NCBI GenBank assembly: GCA_944381215.1
Contig: CALWKF010000002.1
Span: forward strand, 22,684-46,683
DNA length: 24,000 nt
DNA from: an uncultured Clostridia bacterium
GTDB taxonomy: Bacteria > Bacillota > Clostridia > Christensenellales > UBA1242
Direction of reading: 5' to 3'
The translations under genes and the position numbers were made by a program. The first letter of the stretch is position 1, and every line of letters begins with the position of its first letter. Under the pieces are notes generated by a model. That model did not search any database. It saw only the letters and a program-made list of their open reading frames with translations, and was not told the origin of the DNA. Positions 7,617-16,075 of the stretch are shown piece by piece.

Positions 7617-8624
7617 ATGAGAAAAAGTTTATTTATGTTAGCACTTTTGCTCATACCTGCATTTATGTTTGCGGGTTGTGGTGAAACCGCTAGCAATACT
7701 AACAAAATCGTGCTTAGCGAAGTAACTCATAGTATTTTCTACGCACCTCTGTACATTGCTATGAACAATGGATATTTCACCGATGAAGGAATTGAAATTG
7801 AATTAGTAAACGGAAATGGTAGCAACAATGTTATGACTGCGCTCGTGTCTGGTAGTGCGGACATCGGGCTCGCTGGCCCAGAAACCGCCGTATACACAGC
7901 ACAACAAAGCGATGGTTCGAGCCCCAAAGTGTTTGGACAATTGACTGCCTGCGATGGCTCGTTCTTGGTGGGCCGTGAGGCTGACCCCGACTTTACCATA
8001 GAGGACCTACGCGGTAAAACCATTATCGCTGGTCGCCGTGGCGGTATGCCTGCAATGACGTTAGAGTATGCCCTTGCACAGCATGGGATGATTGCAGGGC
8101 GCGACTACACCCTAAACCTTGACTACGAATTTGGCATGGTGGCAACTGTGTTTGAATCTGGTATCGGCGACTACTGCACGATGTTTGAGCCCGTTGCAAG
8201 TGAATATGAGGCTGGAGGCCATGGCGCAATTGTCGCATCCATTGGTGAAATGGGTGGTTATGTCCCCTACACCGCTTTTATAGCAACTGAGGAATACTTG
8301 GATGAAAACTCGCTTATCGCAGAGCGTTTTTTAAGGGCTGTGTATCGTGGATACCTGTATTTAATGAACGCGCCAATTGATGATGTAGTAAAGGCGTTAG
8401 TCCCGCAGTTTGCTGATAGTAGCGAAACGGGTATTAAATCAGCCATTGAGAACTATAAGGAATTAGACGCGTTTGCCGAAAGCCCCGTAATGACCGAGGA
8501 TGGCTATAATCTGTTATGTAATATCATTAGGTCTGCTGGACAATTAGAGGGCAGTGTAGACTTCAATAGAGTAATAGATAACACTATCGCCCAAAAAGTC
8601 GTAAACTACTTCCAGTACGCTTAA
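7617..8624 (+). CDS. ABC transporter substrate-binding lipoprotein, NMT1/NitT/TauT/SsuA type
   Basis: Lipobox FAGC; FYAPLYIAMNNGYFTDEGIEIELVNGNGSNNVMTALVSGSADIGLAGPE; GGAGG SD. Confidence 0.9.
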   Translation: MRKSLFMLALLLIPAFMFAGCGETASNTNKIVLSEVTHSIFYAPLYIAMNNGYFTDEGIEIELVNGNGSNNVMTALVSGSADIGLAGPETAVYTAQQSDGSSPKVFGQLTACDGSFLVGREADPDFTIEDLRGKTIIAGRRGGMPAMTLEYALAQHGMIAGRDYTLNLDYEFGMVATVFESGIGDYCTMFEPVASEYEAGGHGAIVASIGEMGGYVPYTAFIATEEYLDENSLIAERFLRAVYRGYLYLMNAPIDDVVKALVPQFADSSETGIKSAIENYKELDAFAESPVMTEDGYNLLCNIIRSAGQLEGSVDFNRVIDNTIAQKVVNYFQYA

Positions 8625-8645
8625 AATAATTATATTATAGAAGTT

Positions 8646-8684
8646 AACTGCGCCCTAAAAGTAAATATTTAGGGTGTAGTTTTT
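8646..8684 (+). terminator. Intra-operon terminator/attenuator-like hairpin between the SBP and ATPase genes
   Basis: aactgcgccctaaa - agtaaata - tttagggtgtagtt; 14-bp stem with two G-U pairs, followed by TTT. Confidence 0.65.
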
Positions 8685-8781
8685 ATAATTTAAAGGCTTT
8701 TTGGATAATTTCTTCATTTAAGTAACATTTTTTTGCAAATCTCAATATAATGGCAATGTAAGTTGTAAACGGAAGGATAAA

Positions 8782-9546
8782 ATGTCAGGAAAACATTTGT
8801 TAGAACTCGAAAACATTTCGCTGAATTATCACACCCTCAAGGATGAGACGACAGCGATAAAAGACATCACGATGCATGTAGATACAAAAGAATTTATCTC
8901 TATCGTGGGTCCTAGTGGTTGTGGAAAAACTACCCTACTATCGATAATTGCTGGTATCCTAAAACCAAGCCACGGCAAAATTACCCTAAATGGTAGGCCA
9001 ATTGCAGAAACCAAGAATCAAATCGGATACATGTTCCAACGCGACCAGTTATTCGAATGGCGCACGGTGCTACAAAACGTTAGGCTTGGTTTAGAAATCA
9101 CCCACAACCGCGACCCTGAAAACGAAAAATATCTCAACGAGTTGTTAGACAAATATGGCCTTGGCGATTTTAGAGACAAGTACCCACACCACCTAAGTGG
9201 AGGTATGCGCCAGCGCGTTGCCCTTATCCGTACACTTGTACTGCGCCCTGAAATTTTACTACTTGATGAGCCTTTTGGTGCGCTAGACTATCAAACCCGC
9301 AGAACCGTGATTCAGGATGTAAGTAGCATCATCACCCGCGAGGAAAAAACTAGCATCCTGGTTACCCACGACCTTAGCGAAGCAGTAAGCCTGTCCGATA
9401 GGATAATCGTACTGTCAAAGCGACCCAGCATTGTAAAGGCAGAGTTCAAGACAAACTTACGAAAACTCGAAAACATCGAGGAACGCAAACGCACCGAGGA
9501 ATACAAACGAATCGTTGATGAAATTTGGAAGGAGTTAGAGAATTGA
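8782..9546 (+). CDS. ABC transporter ATP-binding protein, NitT/TauT/SsuB type
   Basis: VGPSGCGKTTLLS (Walker A), LSGGMRQRVALIRTL, LLLDEPFGALD, VTHDLSEAVSLSDRI. Confidence 0.95.
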   Translation: MSGKHLLELENISLNYHTLKDETTAIKDITMHVDTKEFISIVGPSGCGKTTLLSIIAGILKPSHGKITLNGRPIAETKNQIGYMFQRDQLFEWRTVLQNVRLGLEITHNRDPENEKYLNELLDKYGLGDFRDKYPHHLSGGMRQRVALIRTLVLRPEILLLDEPFGALDYQTRRTVIQDVSSIITREEKTSILVTHDLSEAVSLSDRIIVLSKRPSIVKAEFKTNLRKLENIEERKRTEEYKRIVDEIWKELEN

Positions 9547-10355
9547 AACAGCACCCGAATTACTCACAAGAGCACAAGCGTTTTTTAGCCCGACACAAAC
9601 GAAAATCTGCGCTCATTCTGTGTAGTCAGTTAGGGCTCCTGGTATTCATCCTAGGCCTTTGGGAGTTACTCGCGCATTTTAATCTAATAAATACGCTAAT
9701 CATGAGTTCTCCCAGCCGAATTCTCGCAACAATAGGCTCACTCTATTCCTCTGGCGAACTGTTCTACCACATCGGCATCACCCTTTATGAGACTTTACTA
9801 GGCTTCGCCATTTCGATTATACTAGGTGGACTGATTGCAATTATTTTGTGGTGGAGCGATACACTACGAAAGATTTTAGACCCGTACATCGTGGTGCTAA
9901 ACTCCCTACCAAAAATTGCCCTAGGTCCAGTTGTCATTATTTGGTTTGGCGCGGGTATGCAGTCAATTGTGGTCATATGCGTGCTGATTACAATCATTAT
10001 CGCTGTGATTTCGATGCTAAACGCATTCCGCGAGGTCGATAAAGACAAAATCTTACTGATGCGTTCTATGGGGGCAAACAAGTTTCAAATTTTGACTAAA
10101 CTGATTCTTCCCGCAAGTTTACCTCAATTTGTTTCCGTACTGAAAATTAGTGTAGGTATGAGTTGGGTCGGCTCCATTATGGGCGAATATTTGGTCAGCA
10201 GCGCAGGGCTTGGCTACCTCATTGTTTACGGCAGTCAGGTATTTAGACTAGACCTTGTAATGGCTAGCACCCTAATACTATGTATACTAGCCTGCATTAT
10301 GTATCTAGCCGTTGCCTTGCTCGAAAAGTATGTCAACAAAAAGCGCGGTTTATAA
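9543..10355 (+). CDS. ABC transporter permease, NitT/TauT/SsuC type
   Basis: LPKIALGPVVIIWFG, AFREVDKDKILLMRSMGANKFQILTKLILPASLPQFVSVLKISVGMSWVGSIMGEYLVSSAGLGYLI. TTG at 9543 preferred because AAGGAG lies 8 nt upstream; the track start is 9525. Confidence 0.92.
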   Translation: MKQHPNYSQEHKRFLARHKRKSALILCSQLGLLVFILGLWELLAHFNLINTLIMSSPSRILATIGSLYSSGELFYHIGITLYETLLGFAISIILGGLIAIILWWSDTLRKILDPYIVVLNSLPKIALGPVVIIWFGAGMQSIVVICVLITIIIAVISMLNAFREVDKDKILLMRSMGANKFQILTKLILPASLPQFVSVLKISVGMSWVGSIMGEYLVSSAGLGYLIVYGSQVFRLDLVMASTLILCILACIMYLAVALLEKYVNKKRGL

Positions 10356-10361
10356 CTTACC

Positions 10362-10403
10362 AAAAAGGGACTATCCTCACTCTTTGTGAAATAGTCCTTT
10401 TTT
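10362..10403 (+). terminator. Rho-independent terminator of the ABC operon
   Basis: AAAAAGGGACTAT...ATAGTCCTTTTTT. Confidence 0.85.
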
Positions 10404-10505
10404 GTATGTAAGGTAGATTTAAATTATCTTCCCTGCAATCACAACTTATAATACCTGTTTACAAATATAAAAAATAAATAACTTAGAAAATAATCAATTC
10501 ATTTG

Positions 10506-10754
10506 CTACTTTTTAAGTTGAGATTCGATTATTAGATTTTCATAAGATTTGGTAACTACCTTTTTTATGTACGCGTACCCAACACCAGCAGACACTGCCA
10601 CTACTCCAAGAGTACCAACAATCGCCTCAGCACCACCTAGCACACCATTTTCAAACGCTATATTTAGTGCCGTCATACCGCCACCTGCTACTGCAGCCAC
10701 CACAATACCACCTAATGTACATTTTCCCAAAAAATCGATACTAGCATCCTTCAT
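10506..10754 (-). CDS. Small Gly/Ala-rich hydrophobic protein
   Basis: 82 aa, MKDASIDFLGKCTLGGIVVAAVAGGGMTALNIAFENGVLGGAEAIVGTLGVVAVSAGVGYAYIKKVVTKSYENLIIESQLKK; GGGGGA SD upstream. No family recognised. Confidence 0.55.
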   Translation of the reverse strand: MKDASIDFLGKCTLGGIVVAAVAGGGMTALNIAFENGVLGGAEAIVGTLGVVAVSAGVGYAYIKKVVTKSYENLIIESQLKK

Positions 10755-10982
10755 TTATTTCCCCCACGTAAATTACTTTTGAGCACTCTAACCTAATTCC
10801 CAATTAACGGCCAGTATAAATTGCCACTAAGATAATAACTAAATAGTGGAATTATTTATTGTTCCCTAACTAATTTCGTTACTTATATATAATTTATAGA
10901 AGGTATCCATTCAATAATTAAAATTTGTTTAATTGTTTTACAAAAAATTAAGTATCAAGAAATTGTTAAAGAAAGTTATTAT

Positions 10983-11441
10983 TTAATTACTCTGCAAAAG
11001 TCCTTCAAGTCTGTCGCTTACTTCAACTGCATTTTCTGCGCTGTTTGTAACAATCAAAAGCGAGTCATACCCTGTTACACATCCTAATACAGAATTAAAG
11101 CCCAACTTATCTACAACATTAGCGACAGCCTCAGTAGTACCCTTGATAGTTTTTACTAAAACTTGGTTAAACACAGGAGTAATAGATAGCACAACATTTT
11201 TATAAATCTCGTTTGTCTTCGAACTCAAGTTCTTGTCCTCTTTCTCTACGAAAGCGTACTTGTACTTCTTATTCTCCCCTGGAATTTTAAAGAGGCACAG
11301 CTCCTTTATATCACGACTGATTGTAGCCTGTGTTACATTGAACCCAGCCTTTCTTAATGCTGAGACCAACTCATCCTGGGTCTCAATTTCATTTTTGTTA
11401 ATAATCTCAATAATCTTTGATTGGCGAACACTCCTTGCCAT
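10983..11441 (-). CDS. argR: Arginine repressor ArgR/AhrC
   Basis: MARSVRQSKIIEIINKNEIETQDELVSALRKAGFNVTQATISRDIKELCLFKI; GCVTGYDSLLIVTNSAENA. ATG at 11441 preferred over the track start 11450. Confidence 0.95.
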   Translation of the reverse strand: MARSVRQSKIIEIINKNEIETQDELVSALRKAGFNVTQATISRDIKELCLFKIPGENKKYKYAFVEKEDKNLSSKTNEIYKNVVLSITPVFNQVLVKTIKGTTEAVANVVDKLGFNSVLGCVTGYDSLLIVTNSAENAVEVSDRLEGLLQSN

Positions 11442-11474
11442 AGTATACATTTCCTTTCTTTTTTATTCAGCTAT

Positions 11475-11503
11475 ATTATACAACAAAATTTATAATTATG
11501 CAA
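11475..11503 (-). promoter_or_regulatory. Candidate SigA-type promoter of argR
   Basis: Reverse strand: TTGCAT (11498-11503), 17-nt spacer, TATAAT (11475-11480). Confidence 0.65.
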
Positions 11504-11574
11504 TACTATTTTGCATATTTATGCGTTTTTCTTGTTTATAATTATGCAAAATTAAAAATGTATATTTATGCAAG
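11489..11574. repeat. Four phased copies of an ArgR-box-like element
   Basis: TTTATAATTATGCAA (11489-11503), TTGCATATTTATGCG (11511-11525), TTTATAATTATGCAA (11535-11549), GTATATTTATGCAAG (11560-11574). ATGC cores start at 11498, 11521, 11544 and 11568. Confidence 0.75.
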
Positions 11575-11613
11575 TATGGTTTTTGGCTTAAAATAGGGCC
11601 TTTTGAGGAGTAA

Positions 11614-11629
11614 ATGTATAATTATACAT
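11614..11629. promoter_or_regulatory. Perfect 16-bp palindrome resembling an ARG box
   Basis: ATGTATAATTATACAT; overlaps the stop codon of the upstream gene. Confidence 0.6.
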
Positions 11630-12231
11630 CACTTTTTTCGAGGCCTGTATACAACCATTAAAGTGCGTGAAACGGCCATAACTATGCTGACTGGGTCGTT
11701 TAATGCATAAGATTTACCTATAGCTTTGCCCAATATTGTAAGAGATGCAATCACTGAACTTATAATTATTGACAACAAAATATTGCTAAAATTTGGGAGC
11801 AGATTTATAATTATTACAGAAATTGCGACCCCACCTGCTCCACTTAAAATACTGCAAATATCACCTATTACGTCGGAGCAAACGCATGAGACTTTGTCAG
11901 CATTCTTTACTAGCTTCACTGCAACACTAGCACCGCGCACGCCCTTTTGTTGAAGCTCTAATAGTGGCTTTATATTACATGCGGTAATTGCAACACCGAT
12001 TAGGTCAAACAAGACGCTTGTCCCCACCAAAAGCATAATGAGAAAAAGCGCGAGTGCAAGACTTGCGTGTGACAAAGTAAGTTCCGAAATTAACGCAAAC
12101 AAAACAGAAAGGCACAGCGAAGTAAAGAAAATCTGCACCAGCCAAAGCCTGCTTGTGCGTGGCTTTGTCTTTAATGTAGTGACTGTTTCATCCTCGCTAT
12201 GCCGTTTTGAATTAAGAGTATTTTTATCCAC
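11629..12231 (-). CDS. Conserved multi-span membrane protein found near xseAB/argR-recN in spore formers
   Basis: FDLIGVAITACNIKPLLELQQKGVRGASVAVKLVKNADKVSCVCSDVIGDICSILSGAGGVAI. The first ~20 residues and the GTG start lack a clear SD, so the start is uncertain. Confidence 0.7.
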   Translation of the reverse strand: MDKNTLNSKRHSEDETVTTLKTKPRTSRLWLVQIFFTSLCLSVLFALISELTLSHASLALALFLIMLLVGTSVLFDLIGVAITACNIKPLLELQQKGVRGASVAVKLVKNADKVSCVCSDVIGDICSILSGAGGVAISVIIINLLPNFSNILLSIIISSVIASLTILGKAIGKSYALNDPVSIVMAVSRTLMVVYRPRKK

Positions 12232-12264
12232 TCTATATTATATGGCCTAATTAAGCTAAATATG

Positions 12265-12471
12265 TTAGTTAAGTGGTTTCTCGACGAGTTTTCCTAACTC
12301 CTCGCGAAGCACCGTAATTTTACCCTTGCTTTCGTTTAGCACCTCGTAACACTTTTTAGTAATCTCGGCACCCTCTGTAAATAGTTTATTTACCTCATCG
12401 AGTTTTACGTTGCCACTCTCTAATGTAGCAACAATTTCTTCTAGTCTTTTTACTAATTCCTCAAATGTCAT
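12265..12471 (-). CDS. xseB: Exodeoxyribonuclease VII small subunit
   Basis: MTFEELVKRLEEIVATLESGNVKLDEVNKLFTEGAEITKKCYEVL; overlaps xseA. Confidence 0.95.
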   Translation of the reverse strand: MTFEELVKRLEEIVATLESGNVKLDEVNKLFTEGAEITKKCYEVLNESKGKITVLREELGKLVEKPLN

Positions 12472-13657
12472 TTTTAACCTCCTTATCTACGACCTTACAA
12501 CCGACCGTGCCGTCAGTTAGATGTAATTTTACCGTATCGTTTAATTCAATATCTTTGACACTAGACACGACTTTTCCCGCGTTTTCTAGTTGAGCATAAC
12601 CCATTCTTAAAATACGCACAGGGTTTAGATTCTCTAATTTTTGCGCGATTAAATCAAAGCGATGCTGGACATTTTGTAACAACACAGCACTTGCATTACA
12701 CAGCCTTGAATTTAGGTTTGCGCAGTTTGCACTCTCCTGTTGCAAATATAGAATTGTGCTATTCTGGGCGCGAGTAATAAGGTTTGCCACCCTTTCCTCG
12801 TGATTACTAAAAAACTGGTCCACGAGCCTTAATAAACGCACCGCATTTAACTGCATGGTCTCAGTAAGTTTCGTGATGTTTACCGACACCAACTCTGCGG
12901 CAGCCGAGGGCGTGGGTGCCCGCACGTCGGCTACAAAGTCGGCAATTGTAAAGTCCGTTTCGTGCCCTACTGCACTAATAACGGGCTTATTTGCATTCGC
13001 AATTGCCATGGCGACAACTTCGGTATTAAAGGTCGCTAGGTCCTCGGCAGAGCCACCGCCACGCGCCACGATTATGACATCGACATCGGTTTTATCAAGT
13101 GCCTCGATACCTGCGACAACTGTACTCTCCGCACCGATTCCCTGCACCTTTGCGGGATACAGCACGATATCAAGTGTTGGGTTCCTGCGCGAAGTAATGT
13201 CTATAATGTCTTGAATTACTGCACCGGTTTCACTGGACACAACACCGATTCGGCGGATATTTTGAGGCAAAGGCTTTTTGCGGGCAGGGTCAAAAAGGCC
13301 TAATTTTTCGAGTTTGTTTTTCAGTTCCAAAAACTGCCTATACAGCACTCCCTCGCCATAGGGTTCGATTTTACTCACATTAAAGGAAAACCTACCACCC
13401 TTTACATAGTAGTTTGGCGAACCGCGGACAAGGACCATTTCACCTTCTTTTGCCATGTATTCGCCTACTCGTAGTCCAAACTTTACGCAGTTTAGCACCG
13501 CGCCCTCGTCCTTTATACTAAAATAGACATTATTCCCCGAGTACGACACGCCCGAGACCTCGCCGTAGAGTTGGATGTTTTGGAGCAACTCTTCCGCTAA
13601 AAAGATATTATGCACATATGTATTAAACTGGCTAACACTTATAACATTGTTACTCAT
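12461..13657 (-). CDS. xseA: Exodeoxyribonuclease VII large subunit
   Basis: ISVSQFNTYVHNIF, LPQNIRRIGVVSSETGAVIQDI, VDVIIVARGGGSAEDLATFN, KPVISAVGHETDFTIADFVADVRAPTPSAAAEL. Confidence 0.97.
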   Translation of the reverse strand: MSNNVISVSQFNTYVHNIFLAEELLQNIQLYGEVSGVSYSGNNVYFSIKDEGAVLNCVKFGLRVGEYMAKEGEMVLVRGSPNYYVKGGRFSFNVSKIEPYGEGVLYRQFLELKNKLEKLGLFDPARKKPLPQNIRRIGVVSSETGAVIQDIIDITSRRNPTLDIVLYPAKVQGIGAESTVVAGIEALDKTDVDVIIVARGGGSAEDLATFNTEVVAMAIANANKPVISAVGHETDFTIADFVADVRAPTPSAAAELVSVNITKLTETMQLNAVRLLRLVDQFFSNHEERVANLITRAQNSTILYLQQESANCANLNSRLCNASAVLLQNVQHRFDLIAQKLENLNPVRILRMGYAQLENAGKVVSSVKDIELNDTVKLHLTDGTVGCKVVDKEVKNDI

Positions 13658-14057
13658 TATTCAATTCCTGATTGATTTTATTTAAAACGCTGTTGACAAA
13701 GCCCGCGCCCTTTGGCTCCGAATACTTTTTGGCTAGGTTTACAGCCTCGTTTATAGCAACACTTGCTGGGGTATCTTCAAACTTTAACTCGTATGTGGCA
13801 AGCAACAATACTACCAAGTCCGCCGTGTGCAATCTGTCTAGCGTGTAGCCCTGCACATTGCGTCCTACAAGATCGCGCAACTCCTCTAAATTATTTATTA
13901 CACCCGAAACTAACTGTTTGATAAAATCAAGGTCTTCCCGTGTTACAGGCTTGCCGTCTGCAACATCGAGAATTGTCTCATCGGTGCAGTCGATTTTTCT
14001 AAATTGGTTCGAGAATAGCACTAAGTATGCTAACTCTCTTGACGAAGTTCTACTCAT
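13650..14057 (-). CDS. nusB: Transcription antitermination factor NusB
   Basis: MSRTSSRELAYLVLFSNQF, LDRLHTADLVVLLLATYELKFEDTPASVAINEAVNLAKKYSEPKGAGFVNSVLNKI. Confidence 0.94.
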   Translation of the reverse strand: MSRTSSRELAYLVLFSNQFRKIDCTDETILDVADGKPVTREDLDFIKQLVSGVINNLEELRDLVGRNVQGYTLDRLHTADLVVLLLATYELKFEDTPASVAINEAVNLAKKYSEPKGAGFVNSVLNKINQELNNE

Positions 14058-14077
14058 AATTTCTCCTTAAATAGCCA

Positions 14078-14102
14078 AAAACCCCAAGGGTTTTGGGGTT
14101 TT
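14078..14102 (-). terminator. Rho-independent terminator separating the spoIIIA-asp23 unit from nusB-xseAB
   Basis: AAAACCCCAA-gggtt-TTGGGGTTTT; 10-bp perfect stem that begins at the asp23 stop codon. Confidence 0.88.
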
Positions 14103-14466
14103 ACTCAGGCTTTGCAAATGCAACACCTAGCACATGCACATTGATTGCCTTTACGGGCATTTCAGTCATTGCTATGATGTTATTCTTAATATTCTCTTGT
14201 ACACGACATGCAACATCGGCGACATTGTAGTTTGAATACACATTGAGGTATACATCGATAACCAAACTATCCTTCGTAGTCGTGACCTTTACGCCCTCGT
14301 AATAATTGCTACTAAAAATACGGCCAAACACAGACCCACCAAAGTTTGCGCACATCGAACTCACGCCACTAATTTCCTTTGATGCGATATTGATAATCGA
14401 TAGTAAAATTGCTTTGTTATAACTAACTCGCCCACGACTGCCACTATTCATTTGCTCGAAAGCCAT
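14101..14466 (-). CDS. Asp23/Gls24 family envelope stress response protein
   Basis: GRVSYNKAILLSIINIASKEISGVSSM...VTTTKDSLVIDVYLNVYSNYNVADVACRVQENIKNNIIAMTEMPVKAINVHVLGV. ATG at 14466 has a GGAG SD. Confidence 0.88.
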   Translation of the reverse strand: MAFEQMNSGSRGRVSYNKAILLSIINIASKEISGVSSMCANFGGSVFGRIFSSNYYEGVKVTTTKDSLVIDVYLNVYSNYNVADVACRVQENIKNNIIAMTEMPVKAINVHVLGVAFAKPE

Positions 14467-14519
14467 TTTGCACTCTCCTAAATGTACTAAGTCTAGTATA
14501 CCACAGGTGCAAAATAATA

Positions 14520-15002
14520 TCAACTATTAACAGGAATTATTTTGATATTATCGATTGATTTATTTGTCTGCTCTTGAACGATTTGGACAATTTGCGCGAC
14601 TTGGGCATCGGTTAGGTTATCCTCGGCCTTTACCATAACGTTTACAAAGTTACTTGACATTGACACGATGACATCGTCAAAACCCTTTGCTTTAATGTTG
14701 CCTTCTAGATACAATTCGCTCTCAATTTGGGCAGCAATACTACTTAGAGCGGTCTGTGCAGAGTCTTTTGCCTCCTGTGTACTATTTGCGCTCTCTAAAA
14801 TTGCTGTGTAGTATAGTTTTTCCTCATCGCGCGCCAAATCTCTGTCCGTTCTGTAACTTGTAAAGAAGTTTGCCGTCGAAACCGTCCCGCCAGTGTCGAC
14901 CACCTCATTACTTTGATTTAAGGTAACGTTTAAGAACCCAGTCAGCACGAGTAAGCCCATCATTACACTAAGTACAATTATTTTCTTTTTCTTTGCAACC
15001 AT
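14520..15002 (-). CDS. spoIIIAH: Stage III sporulation protein AH (SpoIIIAH)
   Basis: MVAKKKKIIVLSVMMGLLVLTGFLNVTLNQ plus a C-terminal ring-building-like domain; position in the spoIIIA operon. ATG at 15002 behind AAAGGAG. Confidence 0.88.
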   Translation of the reverse strand: MVAKKKKIIVLSVMMGLLVLTGFLNVTLNQSNEVVDTGGTVSTANFFTSYRTDRDLARDEEKLYYTAILESANSTQEAKDSAQTALSSIAAQIESELYLEGNIKAKGFDDVIVSMSSNFVNVMVKAEDNLTDAQVAQIVQIVQEQTNKSIDNIKIIPVNS

Positions 15003-15021
15003 ATTTTTAACTCCTTTCATA

Positions 15022-15588
15022 TTAATCACCTTTTACAAAAATTTCTACTTGCGCACTCGTTACATTTAGTAGTGCTTGGACCGCCTTTAAGATGTCTAAC
15101 TTCACGCGGACATCGTCTGCCCCGCTCGACACTATGACAATGCCTTTTATATCTGGCATAATCTCGTACAGTACGAGTGGTTCGCTAGTGCCATTTACAT
15201 TAATGATAATTGGCTCTTTGTTAGAAGTCGAGGACTCAGTCTTGTTTGTTGTACCGCTTGATGTCGTGTTTTCTGTGCTACTGTTTTGCTCATCGTTCGA
15301 GTATGCCAGCACGCGCTCGACCTCGCCATCGAGTGTAATCATGCAATCTACACTACCCGCCCCCGCGATTGAAGACAAAACTTTATTCAGTCTTTCCTCT
15401 AACGAACGTGCATACTGTTCAGTTGTTGTTCCTGTACCTACTGATGCATTGGTTTGGGTATCGCTCCCCGTTGGGAACAGCCATATTGCTATAATAACCA
15501 CCGCAAGCAGAATGACTGCATATACCTCGATGTGTTTTACCTTTTTTAGTTTTTCGAGCCATTTAGAAAATACTTCCTTGTTAGCCAT
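15022..15588 (-). CDS. spoIIIAG: Stage III sporulation protein AG (SpoIIIAG)
   Basis: YARSLEERLNKVLSSIAGAGSVDCMITLDGEVERVLAYS...EPIIINVNGTSEPLVLYEIMPDIKGIVIVSSGADDVRVKLDILKAVQALLNV. Confidence 0.92.
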   Translation of the reverse strand: MANKEVFSKWLEKLKKVKHIEVYAVILLAVVIIAIWLFPTGSDTQTNASVGTGTTTEQYARSLEERLNKVLSSIAGAGSVDCMITLDGEVERVLAYSNDEQNSSTENTTSSGTTNKTESSTSNKEPIIINVNGTSEPLVLYEIMPDIKGIVIVSSGADDVRVKLDILKAVQALLNVTSAQVEIFVKGD

Positions 15589-16066
15589 ACACAATTATCC
15601 TTTTTTCATCAATTGAAACAAGATTTCCTACCAACTCCTTCACTGCGGTATAATAATTAATATGCTGAGAATTTTCAATTATGCCTAAATCGCTTAAATC
15701 GACAAAAATATAATTTAATTTCAATTCCTGATTTATAAAATCTGCTGAAATACTCACTTTTGCCCCCTCATAACTTTTATTTATATATTCCTCTATCTCG
15801 CGCTCTAAATTTTCTACATTCTGTGCATTTACGTTGTCTATATAGTTTTGATTGATAGTGTAGTTTGTGTCATTAAAGAAATTGTTCCAGTCCCAGTCGC
15901 TTTTAATTAGTTTGGCAAGTGGTGTTATGATTACTACCACTATAAAGATTGAATAGATACTCTTTATATACTTGCTGACCTTACTGTCAGGTAGCACAAG
16001 TTCTATTACCACAAGCAGGAATACTACTCCCACAACCGAAAGTAGATATATACTGATATCGCTCAT
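15581..16066 (-). CDS. spoIIIAF: Stage III sporulation protein AF (SpoIIIAF)
   Basis: N-terminal membrane segments (LVLPDSKVSKYIKSIYSIFIVVVIITPL); position between AE and AG. Confidence 0.85.
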   Translation of the reverse strand: MSDISIYLLSVVGVVFLLVVIELVLPDSKVSKYIKSIYSIFIVVVIITPLAKLIKSDWDWNNFFNDTNYTINQNYIDNVNAQNVENLEREIEEYINKSYEGAKVSISADFINQELKLNYIFVDLSDLGIIENSQHINYYTAVKELVGNLVSIDEKRIIVYG

Positions 16067-16075
16067 CTCATCTCC

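Noticed and set aside
10809-10852. CCACTA...TAGTGG dyad between argR and the 82-aa ORF
   Set aside because: Six-bp arms with a 17-nt AT-rich spacer; expected by chance.
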